The translations under genes and the position numbers were made by a program. The notes under the pieces were generated by a model that worked only from the letters and a program-made list of their open reading frames with translations, was not told the origin of the DNA and ran no database searches. Below, one piece after another: positions 24,340 to 37,274 of a stretch of 64,000 nt of DNA. The number at the start of each line of letters is the position of its first letter. Positions within the stretch are counted from its first letter, which is position 1. Source of the DNA: Tricharina praecox (Eukaryota); the NCBI RefSeq assembly GCF_024521635.1, contig NW_026250430.1:1-64000 (forward strand), written 5' to 3'.

Positions 24340-25851
24340 CTGGGAGGAGGATTTACATTCTGCATGATGACTGCTTGACTACGTGACTGCGTGACGATAT
24401 CATGGAAGTGCTTACTGTCGTTGTATAAACACGGGGTCTTCGGGAGATTTGCTGCTGGTGTTAAGGCGAATCATGATGGCATGTTGGGATGTGTTACTCG
24501 GAGAATAGAACTGTGTGATGGTTTCAAGATAATTGACCGAGAATCCGTCCCCAATGTGATCGTGCCTTCATCAAAATCTGAGGGATCCAAGCCATACATA
24601 TTGGAATTCCAACACATGGTCTACCCTATTCTTTGGGTTCCTAATGGATATTTTTCAGCGAGCCCAGAATGACAATATTATGGAACTAAAATGCTCTCAC
24701 TCAACCTCTCGGAGCTTGTGCTGAGGTCTGCCTAGATACTTATGCAAGATGCTTTCTGTCGCTTGGCTACTGGAACTTGCGACTTGTACAATGTAGGTAG
24801 GATACTTCCTGGGCTGATAGGCTACCAAACTTACCTCCGAAAGACGTGACGAGACTCCCCTCAGCTTTACCGTGCCTCCTCCTGCTTGTCGTATGCCGAT
24901 AATTGGATTGAGCCCAAAAAGATGAATGAGTACGTGATGGGGGCTGAAGAAGCACGTGAGAGGCTGACCGGAGGTGTGGCTGAAGCCTATCCGAGGCGCT
25001 AGTCTGTTGCTGGTAAACGCCACTGGATGTACCGGTACATCACAACGATCCAAAGAAGGTGGATTCTGGGCAGTAGATATAGAGAGAGGGCCTTTTCACG
25101 TCACACTTCTTTGAGGCGGTCACTGCCGTAGATCACTTCTCCCAGGTATACCTCACCTCGTCTGTCAATGCTGCCAACTCTCTCAAACGTCATTCGGTGG
25201 CAGAAATAAGCTCAAGCCCAAGCTCAAGGTCCGAGATTCCCGAACACCCCACAGATAACGTATTTCCGCACCCCCATTTCGCTCTGCTAAAGACGTGTTT
25301 GACCCGTTCAAATTCAGCCTTATTCCTGCCACGCGTTGCACTCCGAGGACAGCCGATTACCCGCCGGCCATCACCCCCGAAGCTGCCAGCTTGGACATCA
25401 AGCCCTATCTCAGAGGTTCATACTTGACCGACGATATCGCCGACTTCATTCCAGGCTGGCTTAGCTTCCGGCCCTCATCACGGCCTCACCCTTTCCGAGT
25501 CGCTCCACATCAAGAGCACCAGATCGACGGAAGAAAGCATCTCCCCGCTACGGATCTCGCCCGAACAGACTTCCGACCACCCGAACGAGATTTACTGTGT
25601 GCATCGCCCCCAGACCGCCTACCTCAACGTTTTCGAGGCTAGTAATTGTCCATCTGGACTATGTAAAACACTGGCGCCTTGACCCAGGTTCGTCAGGCAG
25701 CTCGGTGCCGAGTCCGCCGAGCTGGTTCGTCAGCTTGGACTCTTCCGGGTACCTCACCACTTGATCTTCCTTTTTCTCGAGTCTAAAATAAGGTTTTGCG
25801 CAGAAATTCAGCCGATTCATAGGAATAGATGAATAGTGCTAGATATCCGAT

Positions 25852-25955
25852 GTTTCTGTGGTGTAATGGTTTGCACGCAGAGTATTCTTCACGATAGTAT
25901 CTGCTGGTACTGAAGTTTATCTGGAAAGGTCCTAGTTCGAATCTGGGCAGAACCG
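25852..25955 (+). ncRNA. Family B tRNA-like RNA with non-canonical anticodon arm, copy B1
   Basis: Acceptor GTTTCTG/CAGAACC, D-stem GTGT/GCAC, T-arm CCTAG-TTCGAAT-CTGGG. Shared flanks span ~25745-26006. Confidence 0.7.
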
Positions 25956-26232
25956 ATTTAATTTTCCCCTGCTGAGGGGATTTAAGCTTTCGCTTGGTGG
26001 GTTGGAGCGGTGCGGTGCTACCGCCCACTTCATTCAGGAATACCATAGCTCAGCTTCCGGCCCTCATCACGGTCTCATGTATTCCGACCCTCACCGCCAC
26101 AAGAGCACCAGATCGACGGAAGACAGCATCTCCCGCTACGCACAGTATCACTGGTATTTCAACGGGATTTACTACATCGCTCCCAGCCCGTTTGTCTCAA
26201 AGTTTTCGAGGGCAAGAATTGCCCGTCCGGAC

Positions 26233-26820
26233 CAGTGTTCTACATAGACCAGTCCCGACCAAATTTGGGTATGGTCGGGTCGGTCGGGATATATCCCTAC
26301 TAAAAAAAAGTCTGGTCTGGTCAGTCAGCTTATATCCCGACCAAAAAAAATCCAGGTCTGGTCGGTCGGGATATATCACGACCAAAAAAAAGTCTGGTCT
26401 GATCGGTCGGGATATATCCCGAACATAAATTTTCAAGTCGGGTCGGGATATATCCCGACCGACCAGACATAGGTCGGGTTTAGTCGGGTTAAGCAACAAC
26501 ATTTGACGTCGGAAATGCTCTAAGACCGCCAGAAATTAACGAAACTTTTTGCGGCTGGTAGAATTAAGAGTTAACCCGACGGCGGCCGACCTAGGCCGAC
26601 CGAGGCTGGCAAGGTCTGGTCGGTCGGGATATATCCCGACCAGAAAAAAATCAGGTCTGGTCCAGTGTTCTCCGTAGTCCAGTCCGTCCGTCCTGAGTCC
26701 CGGACTGGACTGGACTACATACATCCAGTCCGTCCGGAGGTGTCATTCGGACGGACTAGTCCACCAGTAAGGTCGCACGGGACGGACTGCAGTCTACTGC
26801 AGTCGACTGCCAAGACTGGT
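26233..26820. mobile_element. hAT/MITE-like DNA transposon end remnants with palindromic subterminal repeats
   Basis: CAGTGTTCT..TAG.CCAG starts at 26233 and 26663, with an inverted copy at 25654-25673. About six copies of the palindrome GGTCGGGATATATCCCGACC. No transposase or target-site duplication seen. Confidence 0.6.
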
Positions 26821-27444
26821 ACAAGGCGACAGAAATCACGATAGAAAGTCGGCGGCGTATTATCGGTGGTTGTGGTGGTTGAGGGGGGTATATGCGCACG
26901 GACTCAAGATGACACCGCGGCGTTGATGGCACTTAACAACTAATGTGGCGTAGGTTGTGGCGTAGTTTATTGCTCCTGGACGAAGATTGTGGCGCCGCAT
27001 ACTCGGTACTGGACGAAGATGGTGTCGCCGCTCACGGTTTTGCTGGCACTGGACGGAATTCAACACACGATAGTGGGAAATACAATCAAAGTTGGTGGGA
27101 TAAGTGCTGAAAATAGTGGCATTCTTGCAGACAGGATTTCTGCCATGGACACCACCGGATAGTCGCCGTCACAGACGGAAAGCGAAGGAACTGTTCACGG
27201 GCGATATCAGACGGTCTTGGTAAGCGGCGCGCAGGCATTGATTCCTCAATTGCTGCTACTAACTTCATGCTACATACTACCGTACATACTACTCCATCAC
27301 ATTTTTCTTAGGAGGGAACCTGTCCCTACGTTTCCAGCGGACTGATCAACCCCACTAGAAACAGTACAAACAGGAAGCACATATTCCGGTCCCCTTCTTC
27401 TCCTTCTCCTTCTCCTCCCCTCAGCCCCAGCGGCAGTGGGCCAC

Positions 27445-28704
27445 TTAAGCGATAGTAAGCTTATTTCCCGCACCGGCGATGACCTGCGCCTTCGTGTCCG
27501 CGGTCGCGGCGAGGGTGAAGCTGTAGGGCATAGCGGTAAGGGTACCTACGGGGGCCTCGTTGACACCGCCGCCAAAGTCGTTTCCGGTGGCAACGGCGAA
27601 GCCCTCGTCGGTGGCGTACAGCGGCGAGGTGACGTTCTGGAACACGTTGTTCTGAATGAGCATCTGCGCACCCTGGCGCGTGTTGATGCCCAGGCTGATG
27701 TTCTCGTAGTAGTTGTTGAAGACGTGGCCGGTTCCGAAGCGCAGCGAGGGCGCGCGCGAGTTGATGTTCTGGAAGTAGCTGATGGGAGGTTAGTAAGCGT
27801 GGCATTAGGGGCGCGGAAGCTGTATAAGAGACTTACTTGTGCTTGTAGGTGACCGTCAAGTGTCCCTTGTCTTCAGAACCGTTGTTGTCCGAGTGGCCGA
27901 CTAGCGAGGTCTTGTAGTGGTCGTGGAAGTGGCAGTAAGAGACGGTGACCCAGTCGGCTTTTGCGGAGTTAGCACACAATCCTTGTTCATTAGGGGAGGC
28001 AGAAGAGGTCTTACATCCGTGGGTGATGTCGAGGAGACCATCGTAGTAGTCCTTGTTGTGGGTCATGTCGGAGGAGAACTCAACGTGGTCGACCCAAACG
28101 TTCTTGGACGCCTGGATTCCGATCGCATCCACCGGCTTGAGGACCTTGGACGTCTTGATGTTGCGGATGATGACGTTGTTGTGCCTCCAGATTCTAAGAC
28201 CGATTCCAACCAGGCCTACCGGGAGATATTAGTAAACTCCCTCACGATACTCTTAGTTACAGAAGGTACGTACCGGAGGCGGAGTTCTTTCCAAGGACAC
28301 TGGTGTTGGAGCCGATGTCGACCATGGAGGTACCAGTGATGGTTCCGCTGATGTAGACGATCTTCTTCTCATCACCGGCGACGGCAGCAATCAAGCCGGC
28401 CTCCGTAGTGACGGTAGTGACTGTGCCACCAATTCCACCGGTAGTGCCTATCAAAGTTGGGCGAATCAGCTATCCACCTTTGCACCTCTCCTCGCCCAAG
28501 GAAGAAAGGTATGTACATACCTCCGTTCATGGTGGCGTATCCAACCGGGGCCGCCTCACTGGCCTGGCGCTTGACAATCGAGGGGGCAGCCTAAACAGTA
28601 TCCTGTCAATGTGCGTCCTCATTGCCCATGAAAGAGAGAAGAAGTCTTACGGAGGTGAGCTGCAGAAGACCCACGAGGGCCCATCCGATGATTTCAAACT
28701 TCAT
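27445..28704 (-). CDS. Pectate lyase, polysaccharide lyase family 1 (multi-exon, secreted)
   Basis: Signal peptide MKFEIIGWALVGLLQLTS. PL1 motifs GTTGG, IGSNTSVLG, NVIIRNI, DAIGI, NVWVDH, DGLLDI, HYKTSLVGHSD and SRAPSLRFG. Confidence 0.95.
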
Positions 28705-31700
28705 GCTGCTGGGAGTTGTCGTATGTAACGTGATGGGAGTGATATTCGATATAGTGAATGGAAGCTTGAAACCGTGAGTGGATGAAGAAATCCAACTATC
28801 ATTCAGCTTCGAAGCCCTCCCTATTATAGTATTGATGGGCCTTCGCGATCACTGTGTATCTCGGCCGCAATTGTCACGAATGGTTTCTGCAACGACATGA
28901 AGCTCGGTGAAAATCGTCAAGACGTCCAGTGCCCGAGGTCCTCCTTTCTTTGGTGCAACATGGAGTAATAAACACAGTGCGACAAATCATGATATACGGG
29001 ATAGTGTTCGTGCCCTTGCACCGGTGGCAGACGTATAGTATAGTATCATACGGCAGCTTTTCGAACTCTGGAACTCGCACATCTCTCCCTTCAACTGGCA
29101 ACTTTGGGATGCAAAGAATACTAGTTCCGGAAGGTCGCGGTCGACATGAAACGAAAAGTGTGGTGATGATGGTGATGGTGGTGGATGTCCGATGCCACGA
29201 GTAGAGTGCGTTCGCATGATATCGGATACCGGTAACCTGGGCAACCAAAAGTTTCTTCGGATACATAGCCACATAGGCACAACCGTTAATATAAACGGTT
29301 CCGGAATTGCCGGGGTGCTGGACCCCACGAGCACCACCACCACCCCCGCCGCCGCCTGCCGTCTATATCCAAGCCGGATATACTCTATGTACCACTCCAC
29401 CATACACCATCTCCACACCCAATATCCCCCCCGCTTAGAGAAATTAACGGGACCGGCGGGTTCTATGTAGATGACATGGACGGAATAATATATAGCTGCC
29501 CTGAGCTAGGTACAATTGCCAAGTTTCTCCATGAAATTGGAACACAACATATATAGACAGCCTGTAGGCCGTGCGCGCACCTACATGTGAAAGATGTAGA
29601 GTACCCAGCCAACTAGATATGTAAGCATTATCAACACTGCGGAGTTGTTGAATATATGTATAAGAAGTATGTATGGTATACCTATATCAGGCTGGAAGGG
29701 AGCTAGCAGAATCTCAGCCGTGGCGGTCTCAAAGGACGATAGATACCGCCACTGGAATATCGATCTGAGAAGAATCAACAAAACAGGTTCCTCAGCTCGA
29801 TAGAGGTTTCAGTACCCAGCTCTTCCCCCCGACCAAGTCGTTTTGCCGTAAGTTTATTGTTGCGTGTTTCGCTGATCATTCTTCAGCCTTTCCCTGGCGC
29901 CGCGCCGTGCCGCTAGTCGGCGAAACTGTCTGAATAGCCACTCTGTATTCATATAGTAGCCTGTAGGCCAAACGTCCTAAGACGGGCTGGCAGGCTACAA
30001 TTGCCGCTGAGCCTTACATCTCCCGCAATAGAGGTATATAAAGTTTTATAGTACGCTGCAGTAGGCAAGCTATTTGGGATATGTGGGGGGCGGGGGCGGG
30101 GGCAGGGGCGGGGGCGGGGGCTAGGACATGAAGATGAAGCCCCGCAGGCCGATACCGTAATTACCCTATACATTTCCTGTCTGCTCATGAGGACAAGGTA
30201 AGAATATAGTGGCAGTTACTGGTTTGAGTGTTCACCCGAATTCCTGGTCGTGCTCTTGGGTATGTAGAATATGTAGGCATTCTAGCGCCGTTTCACCAGA
30301 AACGAAGTGAACTCGGGGGCGACTCCTCCATTGCGACAGCTGACACTATGCGAGGCGCCATCCGACAGCGCTTGGCAATATTGCCCTCTGCGTCAGATGC
30401 GGACCGGTATTTATGCATGTATATACCTCCACCACAGTGCCTCGACCCGCTTCGTATTGGCTTTTTGGATTGCACCGTGCTTCGTCTGCGGGGTATCTGT
30501 TTTCCACTCGCCGACTCGGGGAAGTGGCAACGACATCCGCAAGTGGGGAACAAATACCGGGACAGTCCGCAGCTCCGTCTCATGCGACGGCGGATGGCAA
30601 GCGAGCTGATTCGGCACTATGTTTCGCCGGATTGAGGAGAAGACCGACATCGACATGGTGAACATGAGACGCGGAGAAGGGAATGACGGGAGTGCGGTCA
30701 GATCGCGTTCACGCTTTCCAAGGACCTGGACGTGACGTCGTCTCGGCTGCGTAGGGGCAACGACTATGGTTCCAGCACTGTTGGCCGTGGTGTGTTCGAG
30801 ATTGATGCCGCCGCACCGGCCGTGAGCATCGGACTCCGGAGCGGGGCCAGTTTCCTCCGCTAGCTATTGTTTCATGCACTCGTGGCGCCGGGGTGGTACA
30901 GCCTGATCGCCGGGCGCCGGGGTGGCTGTCATATAAAGATAAAGCCTGATCGCCAGGCACCGGCTATAACTACACCCATGATCCGTGTGCCGCCACCCCC
31001 GTCCATCGAACCCGAATACGAGGGAGATGCTACCTAGTCCCGTCAGAGCCTCTTGGCCCTACATGCCATCCTTCGAGAAATTATGGTTCGCAGACGCTTA
31101 TCGGAACGCCCCGCCGTGCAGGACCTACCGAGTATCATATTCCCCCACCCGTCGGCGCCGGTACAACCAGTAGCGAGGTGCCCTGCGGTCGGGTGTCATT
31201 GCTACCCATCTGATCTTCGTTTCCGCTTTCCAGCTAGGCGGGGGCAAATCAAGACCTCCGCGGCGCCGGCAAGGGAGCCGGCTATATCCGCGTCTTCTGC
31301 TTTTCTCGGCAAATACAACGTCGGATCCTCTCCGTGAGCAGCAAGATGGAACTCACTATATAGGCAGCTTGATGGCGAGATCCATCCAGAGCTACCCCAA
31401 AGGTTCGGTGTACATACCTACTCCAGTGGTGAAGATCGTCATATCCGCACGTCCAGTTTTCCCCGCTCGGAGTAGGTTACTTCGAGAGTCACTATGGACC
31501 TCGTTACCACCCACGATCTGGGTTCGGGGTTACGCTCTTAGTCCGGAGGCCTCGGATCAGACACGGTTGGGGACACTATCTTCGGCGATAACGACGAGAC
31601 GTGGAGTTACTAAGACTGAATAGAAATGGGAACCACACACACGACGGCCCTTGATGTTCTATACCATTTCTCAGAAAGATAGAATGCGGAGACAGGAGTA

Positions 31701-32109
31701 GATAGATAAACGACGGTACTGCTGTTGTTCAGATTCTCGTCGGGCTGCAGTGCCTCTGGACATGCATGCTCACTCGATCGAATGCACGACTCTGTGAACG
31801 TGATCTGCCAGTGTCTGAAGCGCGCGGTCCGTTGCGGGCTGTGGAGAGCTTCACCGATACGTAATATAGGAGGGCCATCGTGATCGCAAGTCATCTCCAG
31901 CCATCCGCACGTCCATTAATTATGCCATCACAGTATGTACCTATAGCCGGAATATTGAGGAGTACCTATCGCCATCTCGTGCACAAGCCCTTGGTATATA
32001 GCTTTGGGCCATGGTCACTACTTCGAAGTTCGTCGTTGGTACTTTCCATCGAGTGGTGGGGCACGCACTGTACTTTATGAGGTTTGAATTCATGTATCCA
32101 GCACGGAAA

Positions 32110-32229
32110 AAACCCCGTCTAGGGGTCTAGACCATGCATTAGTTGAGGAAAGCTGTGGGTTCAAGCCCGAGTGAAAACACTCAGCTCTTGGGGTTTCCAA
32201 GCCACCCACCGGGGCTAGTGAAGGTTTTT
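32110..32229 (+). ncRNA. Family A copy A3 (internally deleted)
   Basis: Same ends and flanks as the other copies, with short deletions in the 5' hairpin and linker. Confidence 0.55.
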
Positions 32230-33204
32230 ATTTTTGTTTTTGGCAAGACGGGTGGTGCACTCAATATCACTCATCAATATCAGAAGACAAGGGTTGGAAT
32301 GTAAAGAAGAACTTGGCTTGATTGATGTATTGATACGAGAAACATGAGAAAGAAGACTGCTTATAAAGGGAAACGAGCTCGTGTAGACGACGAGAAGGCC
32401 GGGCCTCAGACAGAAGATGCGACGAGAGTGGTCGCCGGACTGGGCTGGGGCTTGAAGGTTTCCAGCTGACGAGGCTGATTATGATGAGAAGCCACAGACA
32501 AATCCATAGATAATGTTAAGCAGCCACGAAGGAAATGAGGGCAGTATGCAAAGGGTAGTCGAAAGTAGACAGTGGAAAGTAGCAGTGACTCCGGAACAGA
32601 CAACAAGACGCATAATATCAACAACAAGCCTTGCGCTGTCGGCTTTTTTGGAGTTTAATCATCATTACGTTTGACCTTAGTAGATCGTGGCAGATTAAAT
32701 ATCTGCTTTTACTCAGCAGTTGGTACCGGCCGCTGGCCGCAATCTTTATACCAGTTCCCTAGTATTGTTCTCCGTCCAGCACCTCAGTCCAATGTCCACC
32801 GTCAGCGGGAACGTCACAGGTCAGGTATGTAGGAATGCTCACGATACTGAAGGGAGATTCTACTGGTTTGAGCGGTGGAGGGGACGGCTGGTGAAGTAGA
32901 GATTGAGATAGGATCAATGATGCTTCTTCTGTTCGAATTCGGAAGGGCGGGAAAAATTGTAAAGTGATGAAGATATCGATCGTGAGTCATGGCACCGGTC
33001 GACGCAAAGGTAGTGGAAGGCGTGAGTTAATGGCTGACTTGGGTTCTCCCTACAAGGTGATGTGGTGCCGCGGTGGCACAACGGTGGCAAGGCGACGACG
33101 ATTCGATCTGGCAGACGCCACTTCGTCGTTGAGTTGTTATTATCCATCGCGGGGTAGTACCCATCACTTTATGAGGTTCGAAATCATGCATCCAGCGCGG
33201 AAAA

Positions 33205-33341
33205 AAACCCCGCGTGGTCTAGTGGTTTAGACCATGCAATCGGCAAGGGGAGTTGAGGGAATGCCCCCGGTTCAAACCTGGGTGAAAGCCCTGTCAGCTC
33301 CTGGGGTTTCCAAGCCACCCGTCGGGGGTGGTGAAGGTTTT
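33205..33341 (+). ncRNA. Family A copy A4
   Basis: TGGTCTAGTGG A-box, GGTTCAAACC B-box, AAACCCC/GGGGTTT closing stem, 3' hairpin and TTTT. Confidence 0.65.
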
Positions 33342-34126
33342 CGTTTTTGTTTTTGGCAAGGCGGGTGGTGCAAGGAATATCACTCGCCAATGTGTATCAC
33401 GTGACACGCCTTGCCTTCCGCTGCCGGTTGTTTTTTTGGCTTTTCGGCCACGGCGGGTGCAGGGAAAGCAACATCGGGCCTCCTGATGAAATTTGGGATG
33501 GACACTGGCGGGAAACGGGGGTGAAAGAGTAGATATTGCCATGATCTAGATAGGCCGCATGCAATCAATGAAGGAACAAAAAAAGCTGCCGGCTATTTTT
33601 TGGGGTTTTAAGCATCATTACAATGTTCGACCTTGGTAGATAACGGCAGATCTTATTGTAGTACATATATTGAGTGTTGAATTTCGTGCAGTACCAGCAA
33701 CGCCGGCGCGCGTCATCTTCATCCAGTGCCCCTAGGTGCTACACTCGTACCGTACTACCCTCAATCACCGCATCCACTGATGTTACGCCACGGAGCTTTC
33801 TCTGTTGTGATTCATGTCGCCTTACGATGTTTTTTCGCTGTACTCGTACCAGTTTTGGCATTCGACTGCAGTCCGTCTAACACACACCTCGGGATGGACT
33901 GGATGTATCATGTAGGTAGTTTGATCCCGTCCATGGGCCCAAACAGACTGAACCGAAGTATATAGAACATTGATCTTATATCCGCGATGGATAAAAGTAA
34001 GCTTTTCCAAGCTGCCGCGACTCATGATGCCCCCAAAAATGGAGGGTTTCATCACTTCTTCCCACCCCCTGATTCGCCCCAACCCATCAAGCGAAACCTT
34101 AAATCCCCCAGCAGGGGAAAATAAAT

Positions 34127-34229
34127 CGGTTCTGCGCAGAGTCGAACTGGGACCTTTCCAGATAAACTTCAGTACCAGCAGATACTATCGTGAAGCAACT
34201 CTGCGTGCTAACCATTACACCACAGAACC
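34127..34229 (-). ncRNA. Family B tRNA-like RNA, copy B2
   Basis: GGTTCTG/CAGAACC acceptor, TGGTGTAATGGTTAGCAC D-arm, GTTCGACTC T-loop. Shared flanks ~34078-34340. Confidence 0.7.
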
Positions 34230-34850
34230 ATCGGATATCTAGCACTGTTCATTTATCACTATGAATCGGTCGAATTTCTGGGTAAAGCCTTATTTTAGAC
34301 TCGAGTAAAAAGGCAAATCAAGAGGTGAGGTACCCGGGAGAGTCCAATAGGCCTGCTCATCCGTCTCCGCTGATCCTTGCACTGCAAAAGTTGTCCATCC
34401 CGTCCACCGATTTGCTTGACGGGGCTGGACTGCAATCCACTGAGGCAGCGCGACCCGACAAGAGTAACCGCGTGGAGGCTTCTGCGCGCGGATCGCATGT
34501 ACCATCGGCTGCTGCCGTTAGTCCGTACGTAGCAGGTGGCGAAGTACCTGGCATGGAAGGCTACCCCCCCGTCGACGATTTATTGCGGGTTGGTAAGAGC
34601 GGATACTTCGGACGCCGCAGACGTACATACACGACCCATTCGGGGCACAGCACGGCTTACAATAATCCGACAAATCCTTCATGTTGGGTTCAAATGAATC
34701 ATGCACAGGATATCACTCGCGACCCTCGCTTATGTTTCAGAACGATGATTTGATAGTATTCAGGTGCCCAACCTCTGCTTCGCAGGCAGCGTATACCTCC
34801 AATTATCAAAACGGAACCCCATATGACGAGCCAATTCTCCCCACGACACG

Positions 34851-35078
34851 CTACAGGAAATCATCACCACCCACGACGACCCGGATGTTGGCTTTCACAA
34901 CCCACTCCACCTCTCTACCGCAGACCGGGCACAGTACCGTCTTCTCGGTGCCGTCGCGCGTGTTCTTGGCCCAGCAGACTTCGTGGATGCCCTTGTCACC
35001 GCAAGGCTGCAGCGTGGGAACTGTCGTGGACGGCATCGGGCTGAAGCAGATCTTGCAGTTGGCTGGATTTCCAGACAT
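34851..35078 (-). CDS. RING-finger-only small protein (75 aa)
   Basis: MSGNPANCKIC...LQPCGDKGIHEVCW...LCPVCGREV has RING-H2-like spacing with Asp at the usual fourth-ligand His. A TATA-like ATAAATAA lies ~170 bp upstream. Confidence 0.7.
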   Translation of the reverse strand: MSGNPANCKICFSPMPSTTVPTLQPCGDKGIHEVCWAKNTRDGTEKTVLCPVCGREVEWVVKANIRVVVGGDDFL

Positions 35079-35949
35079 CTTTGCTGTTGTTGCTAGCGGT
35101 GCTTCGATGGTTGCTGTGCGGGATCGATAATTGGTTGTCTTCGTTCGTTTGTGCATTCGTTTATGCGTTCGTGCGTATCTTCCTGGGCGTGTGTAGATGT
35201 GTGGTGAGGGCTAAGGTAGGATGGCAAGACAGAGTTGGGAGGGTTATTTATGAGGCGGCAGGAAGGGGGGCGGGGAGGATTCAAGGGGGATCAGTGAAGC
35301 TGAACGGTTGAATCATGAATGCCCGATACGTTGGTGGGTCCAATTGAAGATCAACAGTCAACCTCTTGAAGTTTCAGCCGGATCGCAAAAACAGCCGTGC
35401 TTCATGTCTCACTCGTGCTTTCTATCATGCAACCGTTTCGGATGCGCCGAGAGAAGCAAAAAAAAGAAGGAAGATGGAAAATAAAGTAACCACCGTAGGG
35501 CGATTCATATTAGTATTTTTTCCCCAAAACTCTAGTCGTAAAATATGGCTTAGTCAGGGTTTTCAAATTCCAGCTCTGATTGTCGAATATGGCTTCCTCA
35601 ATCCTGAGTGCAGTGAAAATCAGTCCCGACTCGTAAGCCTTCTGCAACGCCTACTGGCCGGCCCGCCTTAGAAGCCCATAAGGGTTTCATATGGGCTCTG
35701 TAGGGAATTTTGGAAAATAAGGATTAGTAAGGCTTATACGCTCAAAAGGTTTCCATAGTGGCTCTTCTGTGAGAAGCCCCATCTCAATGTCAAACTTATC
35801 ACGTATCAATGGTCTTCACTTGACGATGACTGACTTGTTCCGTACCCTTATATACCTAAACTACTCTTCTTCCCCGCTTCCCAGTCTCCTACTCACCATA
35901 CTGTGTCCCCCTACTGTCCCTGACCGTGGATACCGGTCTGGCAGCGACA

Positions 35950-36400
35950 GGATGAAGAGGAGAAAGTGATGGAGGAACTATCAGGGAAAGGAGGAGTTGC
36001 AGCGATGGTAACTGTAAGAGATAGTAGTATCAGCAAGAGAATCTATCCGGGAATGTAGGAGCTGCAGCAGGAGTAGTAGCTATATGAGAGGTGAGATATC
36101 AGCGAAAGTATCAGTAGTTGCGGTGGGAGTAGCAGTTGCGGCAAGAGTAGCAGTTGCGGAGGGAGTAGCAGTTGTGGAGGGAGTAGCAGTTGCGGCGGGT
36201 GGAGGAAGTGGAGGAAGTGATGCAGAAGCTGTCACCGAGAGGTGAAAGTGATGGGGGAGCTGCGGGCGAGAGAAGGAGCTGTCAGCGAGGCGATGAAGTG
36301 ATGGAGGACCTATCTGGGACTGGACGGAAGCTTACCAGGCCTGGTGATTGGGGAGCTGTGGCGAGAGGAGGAGCTGTTAGAAAGATGAAGAGGACGAGCC
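35950..36400. repeat. Degenerate purine-rich tandem repeats including an 18-bp GAGTAGCAGTTGCGG unit
   Basis: Four to five 18-bp units at ~36110-36198. AAGTGATGGAGGA(A/C)CTATC recurs at ~35964 and ~36296. Confidence 0.6.
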
Positions 36401-37274
36401 GTGGGCTCGAGAGTTTTAAACTGCAAAAATCATATCTGTCTTCAGCAAAGTCTGCGCGCGTCTAAAAATACGTGAGGACATTATCTGGCGGGTTTGATTG
36501 AAGCCGATGAATTCTTGTGGGAAAGAGGGGGAGCTGTCGGAGCTGTCTCTCTCTCTCTCTCTCTCTCTCTATCACATCATCATCTACGGAATAGACGAAC
36601 AACCCCCCCCCCCCCCATCTCCACTCTCTCCTCTGCAGTGAATGCTAGAGCTTTTGTCGGCCCCCGCACTCAGTGCAGCGTGCGTTGGGCACAACATCTC
36701 CTGCTCGGAGTGCCAGTGCCAGTGCCAGACAACACAAGGCGGATATAAGAATTTCCGTGTCACGCAGTCTGATTTTCGCATATGAGCTACTAACTCATAA
36801 GAGTGATAGAGCCCATAGTTCGAATAAGGGCTCATTGAAAACTTACATCATAATGGGTTTTCTGTCCTGGGCTGATACATCCCATCATGCTTCACAAAAC
36901 CTGCCAGGTTCACAGTCATTATTGTACGGCAGTGCTGTGCATTTCAACAATGACGATATGGGCCTGACGAAAGCTATGAGGCTTACAAAGTTACAAGGCC
37001 AATTTAGGTGATGGTGGTTATTGCTGCATATGCATTATGTAGGAGTTACGACAATTTTAGGGAAATGAGATCATCAGCCTTAGTTTAACACAGCCCTTAC
37101 GGAGGCCTCACGAGCTCAACGGGCTTATAGCTGGCTAATACGAGGACTGTTTGCCTATTCAAGCCCTACATAAGGCTAACGACATTAGTACACGGCTCAA
37201 TATGGTAGGTACTGTCTTTCGGAACTGTATCGCGGGGTCGAGGGGTCGGGAATGAGGGCGGTGTTTCATTGTTG

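Noticed and set aside
25852..25955. Family B as tRNA-Sec or opal suppressor (CTTCA could be read as a TCA anticodon followed by a long hairpin)
   Set aside because: No 5-6-bp stem closes a 7-nt loop around TCA. The acceptor and T stems are the ordinary 7/5 rather than 9/4, and the D-stem is 4 bp. Sec usage is not known in ascomycetes.
26270..26660. CRISPR-like array of palindromic repeats
   Set aside because: Eukaryotic context, spacers that resemble one another, and no cas genes. Transposon subterminal repeats explain it better.
33205..33341. Family A as a hammerhead ribozyme, 5S rRNA or U6 snRNA
   Set aside because: No CTGANGA core paired with GAAA on either strand, and no 5S or U6 signature sequence recognisable by eye.
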